From Pocillopora damicornis (Eukaryota), in NCBI RefSeq assembly GCF_003704095.1, contig NW_020844730.1, positions 62,001-126,000 on the forward strand: a DNA stretch of 64,000 bases, in the 5' to 3' direction. The notes under the pieces were generated by a model that made no database searches, was not told the DNA's origin, and saw only the letters and a list, made by a program, of their open reading frames with translations. This document shows positions 60,768 through 64,000 of this stretch, piece by piece. How positions within the stretch are numbered: position 1 is the stretch's first letter; every line of letters begins with the position of its first letter. A program made the translations under genes and the position numbers.

Positions 60768-63700
60768 TTAGAATGTAGGTCGTCTGTCAATACTTGATTT
60801 CATTTTCTGCGATGGCCTACGCGCATCAACAGCTGATCGGCGACCACGAGCGGCGGCAGCTACCTTAATGTAGTCTTCATTGTCTATGTCTTGCGTATCA
60901 TCATCTGGTGATGCGTCCATCTGTATCACATTAAACGAATCGATAGCAAATTTCACGACAAACAGTGCAGGTAGAGACATTTGAGATTTGGTAATGGTGA
61001 CTTTTTTTATGACTAAATTGAGGTAGTGAATCAACTGCGGTTTGGAACTGAATCTCCTCAATTTTACTCTATCAGCGACAAAACCAAACCCATATGGATC
61101 TCCACGCTTTCGCTATTCTATGATAAGATGAAATATCAGGCACATTTTATCGAATTCTTAGTTTAAAAATACCAAAATAATGATTTCCCCCAAACTGAAC
61201 TGAACGCTTTTGTTGCCCTCCTCAAACTTGCATATGGAAAGCTCCACTGTAGGTTATCACACGGTATGACACCCTTAATACTGAGCTCGTACCGGACAGC
61301 GAATACAAAGAACATCACAAGTGTTTAGACCCGATCCTAAAAGTCCCAAACAACAAAACGCAACTGAAAAGGCAATAATAGACAGCAAGTCTCTATAAGA
61401 GAAGTACAGTACACCTTGGGGAAAGGGGTTTAGGAACATGTGCAAATACGTCAAATTGTGAGTTTCACAATCACAAATATGAATCAGCAGCCCCCCCTCC
61501 CACCACACCATGTTGAAAAGGAAGAAAAAATACGAATTTGGATCGAACGAGATACAACGGTGTAAATACCTCTGATGCTTCATCAACAGCTGGTGAACCT
61601 TGAGACATCTGCTTCTCAGCATCTTGTATCAGTTATGAAATAAGCAAGACTACAGTAAGGGAACTAGTGACCAGTGTCAGATGAAGTCTCTCTAAACTAT
61701 TTGCCCAAGAAAATTGGGCAAATAGTTGAATGTTCTTGTTGCAGAAGTGTGCCATGGTCCCTGTAAAATCCTTTCACTCCCTACTGTCTGCTATACAATT
61801 GTTACATACATACATACTTTATCGAGACTCCCTTCAACAGGATTTTCAGTCACAATGTTATGATATTGGTTTGAAAAATTTGGTAATGGATAAACTAAAA
61901 TTCCCCTAATTGTATTTTTCGTTACTCTCATCACTTGTCTGCTTGTTATTATATGACATTACAAGGAGAGAATTCTGTCTTGGTCACTCATAGGAGTCAA
62001 AGGCTTTAATCAAATTTGCTTGAAAGGTATGAACCTTTAATCGTTGAACATCTTGTACTACCACACTAATGCAATTTATGCTAAATTAAGACTTAAGCAA
62101 CTAATGAGATACAGAGGAAGGATTACAAAATACCTATTTTCTACTAAACAAGTAAAATGATATCTTCAAAACCAGACTAATGGTACAGTTAACATATCCA
62201 AAAAAATTAATTGAAAATTGATTTGATCTTTGAAAAAACTGAAGACTAACAGAAAATAGCTTACCAGGTGTTGTGGCCGAGAATGTCAAATTTGCCATCT
62301 GAGCAAGTGCTTCTGTCAGACCAAACTGAGTTACATCACCAACATTTTCTTCAGTCGAGTCAGAGTCACTCTCTTGGTCTCCAGTTACAGCACCATGTTT
62401 ATCCTAAAGACCAAGGAAATAACAAACAAACAGGAACACTACCCAAATGGTTGTTTCACAAACCTTGGTTATGTCTTCCATTTTTCTGTCAAAGTTTGAT
62501 TATGGGTGTTCAAGGTTTGAAGACTTATAATCAAGAATTAAATGAAGTTTGGTGATAGGCTTGGTTAGTACTAGGATTATCAATGTCTTCTAGTTAATCA
62601 AAGCTGTAAATGGTACTTAGTGCTTGTAACTTTTGGGTACCAGAATTTCCTAATCAGCTATCCTCCACTTATCTGTCAGCAATTAGTTCAATAAAGATTA
62701 TTACAGGTAAGATAAGAATTTTTCCTCTTCTTTGCATCTTACATTTCTTGCTTTTTTATGTGTCAATTATTAGCACTGTTGAGTCTAGTCACTCTGGCTT
62801 TGTTGTGAATTCTAAAATATATTTTTTTGTCCTAAATGTAAAAATGGCCTCATGAGCCAAAGGAGATGGTGTTTTGAAGTTGCTAAGAAAAACTTAAGAA
62901 AATAACTAAGAAAACATGTTTCAGTTTAGTTCTTCACACAACAAACCTTCTCCTGAAGAAGCCTTTCCAAATAGCTGATTCTCTTACTTCTTGAGGTCAT
63001 TTGAGAATACTCGGAATACATCTGACTCAATCTAAAATAATATTAAAGAACTACGCTAATTCCTGTGATACAGCTAAGATAATCAGCTGTTCCTCAACTG
63101 TATAACCAACTAGAGAATGTACAAAACAAAACCAAAATTCCAAAAACTGAGAGAATCAAAGAAAGAACAAGTTCTTTACCATGTTTCACAAAGGTGCCCC
63201 CATGGAAGATCATTGAAATATGTGAATCAAAAAGCCATAGAATAATGTTGGCACAAAGTACAGTATGTGGGCAGTTATTATACAAACATGTACTTGTACC
63301 AATATATATATAATCCTAAATCAATCCCTGGCATTTCTTAACACTTATACAGAGGTGTATTTTTATGACAGTCACTATACATTGATGTGTTTTTACCTTG
63401 TCATATTTTGCCGAAGTCGAGGTCTTGACTTGATGTCAGTTGGCATGAAGTTTGTTTTAGCTGCAAGGAAGGTCAATATTTATAAGTGTTTTAATTAGTT
63501 AAGATCCTAAGATTGTAGTTTTTTTGCCTAACTTTAGCTTTCTCTAGATGTCCCTCCACTGTTGGCTTTCAGCCCTCTTGACTTTGGAACAAAAATAAAC
63601 TTTAACATAAAAGGTTCAGCTAAATTGAGGATTTTTAGAGCATGGTTTTGTTAAACAACATCTAAACATTATTTAAATAATCAGACCTTAGTGTTTTGTT

Positions 63701-64000
63701 GCTAAAGAACACCATGTAACCTTTCTTAACCCTTACTTCTAGATATGATTGACAAGTAACTTCTCCCCGAATAAACCACACATTATGCAGTAAACAGGTG
63801 ATTAGATACTCAAACTCATTAGGTACAAGTTGTTCTTATGATGTAACACCAAATTCTCTCAGCTAAACTAAAAAAATGTGCAGCAACGAAAAGGGAGAAT
63901 TAACAAGCAGATTGTGGGAGTTAAAGGGTTAAGAGATAATAACACTCATGACTCACAGGGGTACCTACAAACTTACTATAATATGGGCTGAATTCTGGCT
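60768..64000 (-). CDS. 3' exons of an unidentified multi-exon gene continuing beyond the window
   Basis: Exons >64000-63977, 63460-63397, 63031-62947, 62403-62265, 61622-61570, 60920-60768 join in frame (phases 1,2,0,1,0): PEFSPYYTKTNFMPTDIKSRPRLRQNMTRLSQMYSEYSQMTSRSKRISYLERLLQEKDKHGAVTGDQESDSDSTEENV...DAEKQMSQGSPAVDEASEMDASPDDDTQDIDNEDY...SSIDRRPTF*. Confidence 0.8.
61774..62010. mobile_element. Second copy of the piggyBac-like MITE, with a nested (TACA)n-tailed insertion at about 61803-61855
   Basis: Collinear with 43553-43735 except for the inserted TACATACATACATACTTTATCGAGACTCCC...CAGTCACAAT. Confidence 0.65.
63726..63932. mobile_element. Complete piggyBac-like MITE
   Basis: TTAA-CCCTT ... 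AAAGGG-TTAA: TTAA target site on both sides with CCC/GGG termini. Confidence 0.75.

Overview
AT-rich eukaryotic genomic DNA with spliceosomal introns, most consistent with a stony coral or other anthozoan (inferred from gene families and repeat style; no prokaryotic features, no CRISPR). Genes reconstructed by hand: a 4-exon class C GPCR (+, 4824-9122, 915 aa); an intronless C4orf45/SPMIP2-like (DUF4562) gene (+, 11860-12183); two MFSD6-like transporters with uninterrupted CDS (-, 15414-17312 and +, 33820-35499); 8-exon CHMP5 (+, 19360-22989); an intronless class A GPCR (-, 25010-25924); a possible 79-aa secreted peptide gene (-, 39908-40147); an 8-coding-exon DDR-like receptor with no kinase (-, 42396-46290, 560 aa); and the 3' exons of an unidentified gene running off the right edge (-, 60768-64000). 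There is also a frameshifted NFKBIL1-like fragment, several MITEs and two assembly gaps. Most interesting leads: (1) the kinase-less DDR-like receptor; (2) a possible endolysosomal module, with CLEAR/E-box palindromes between head-to-head MFSD6-like and CHMP5 and lysosomal sorting motifs in the second MFSD6-like gene; (3) a class C GPCR lacking the glutamate-specific residues; (4) RFX X-boxes around a predicted ciliary gene. Family calls are from motif recognition only; no searches were run.
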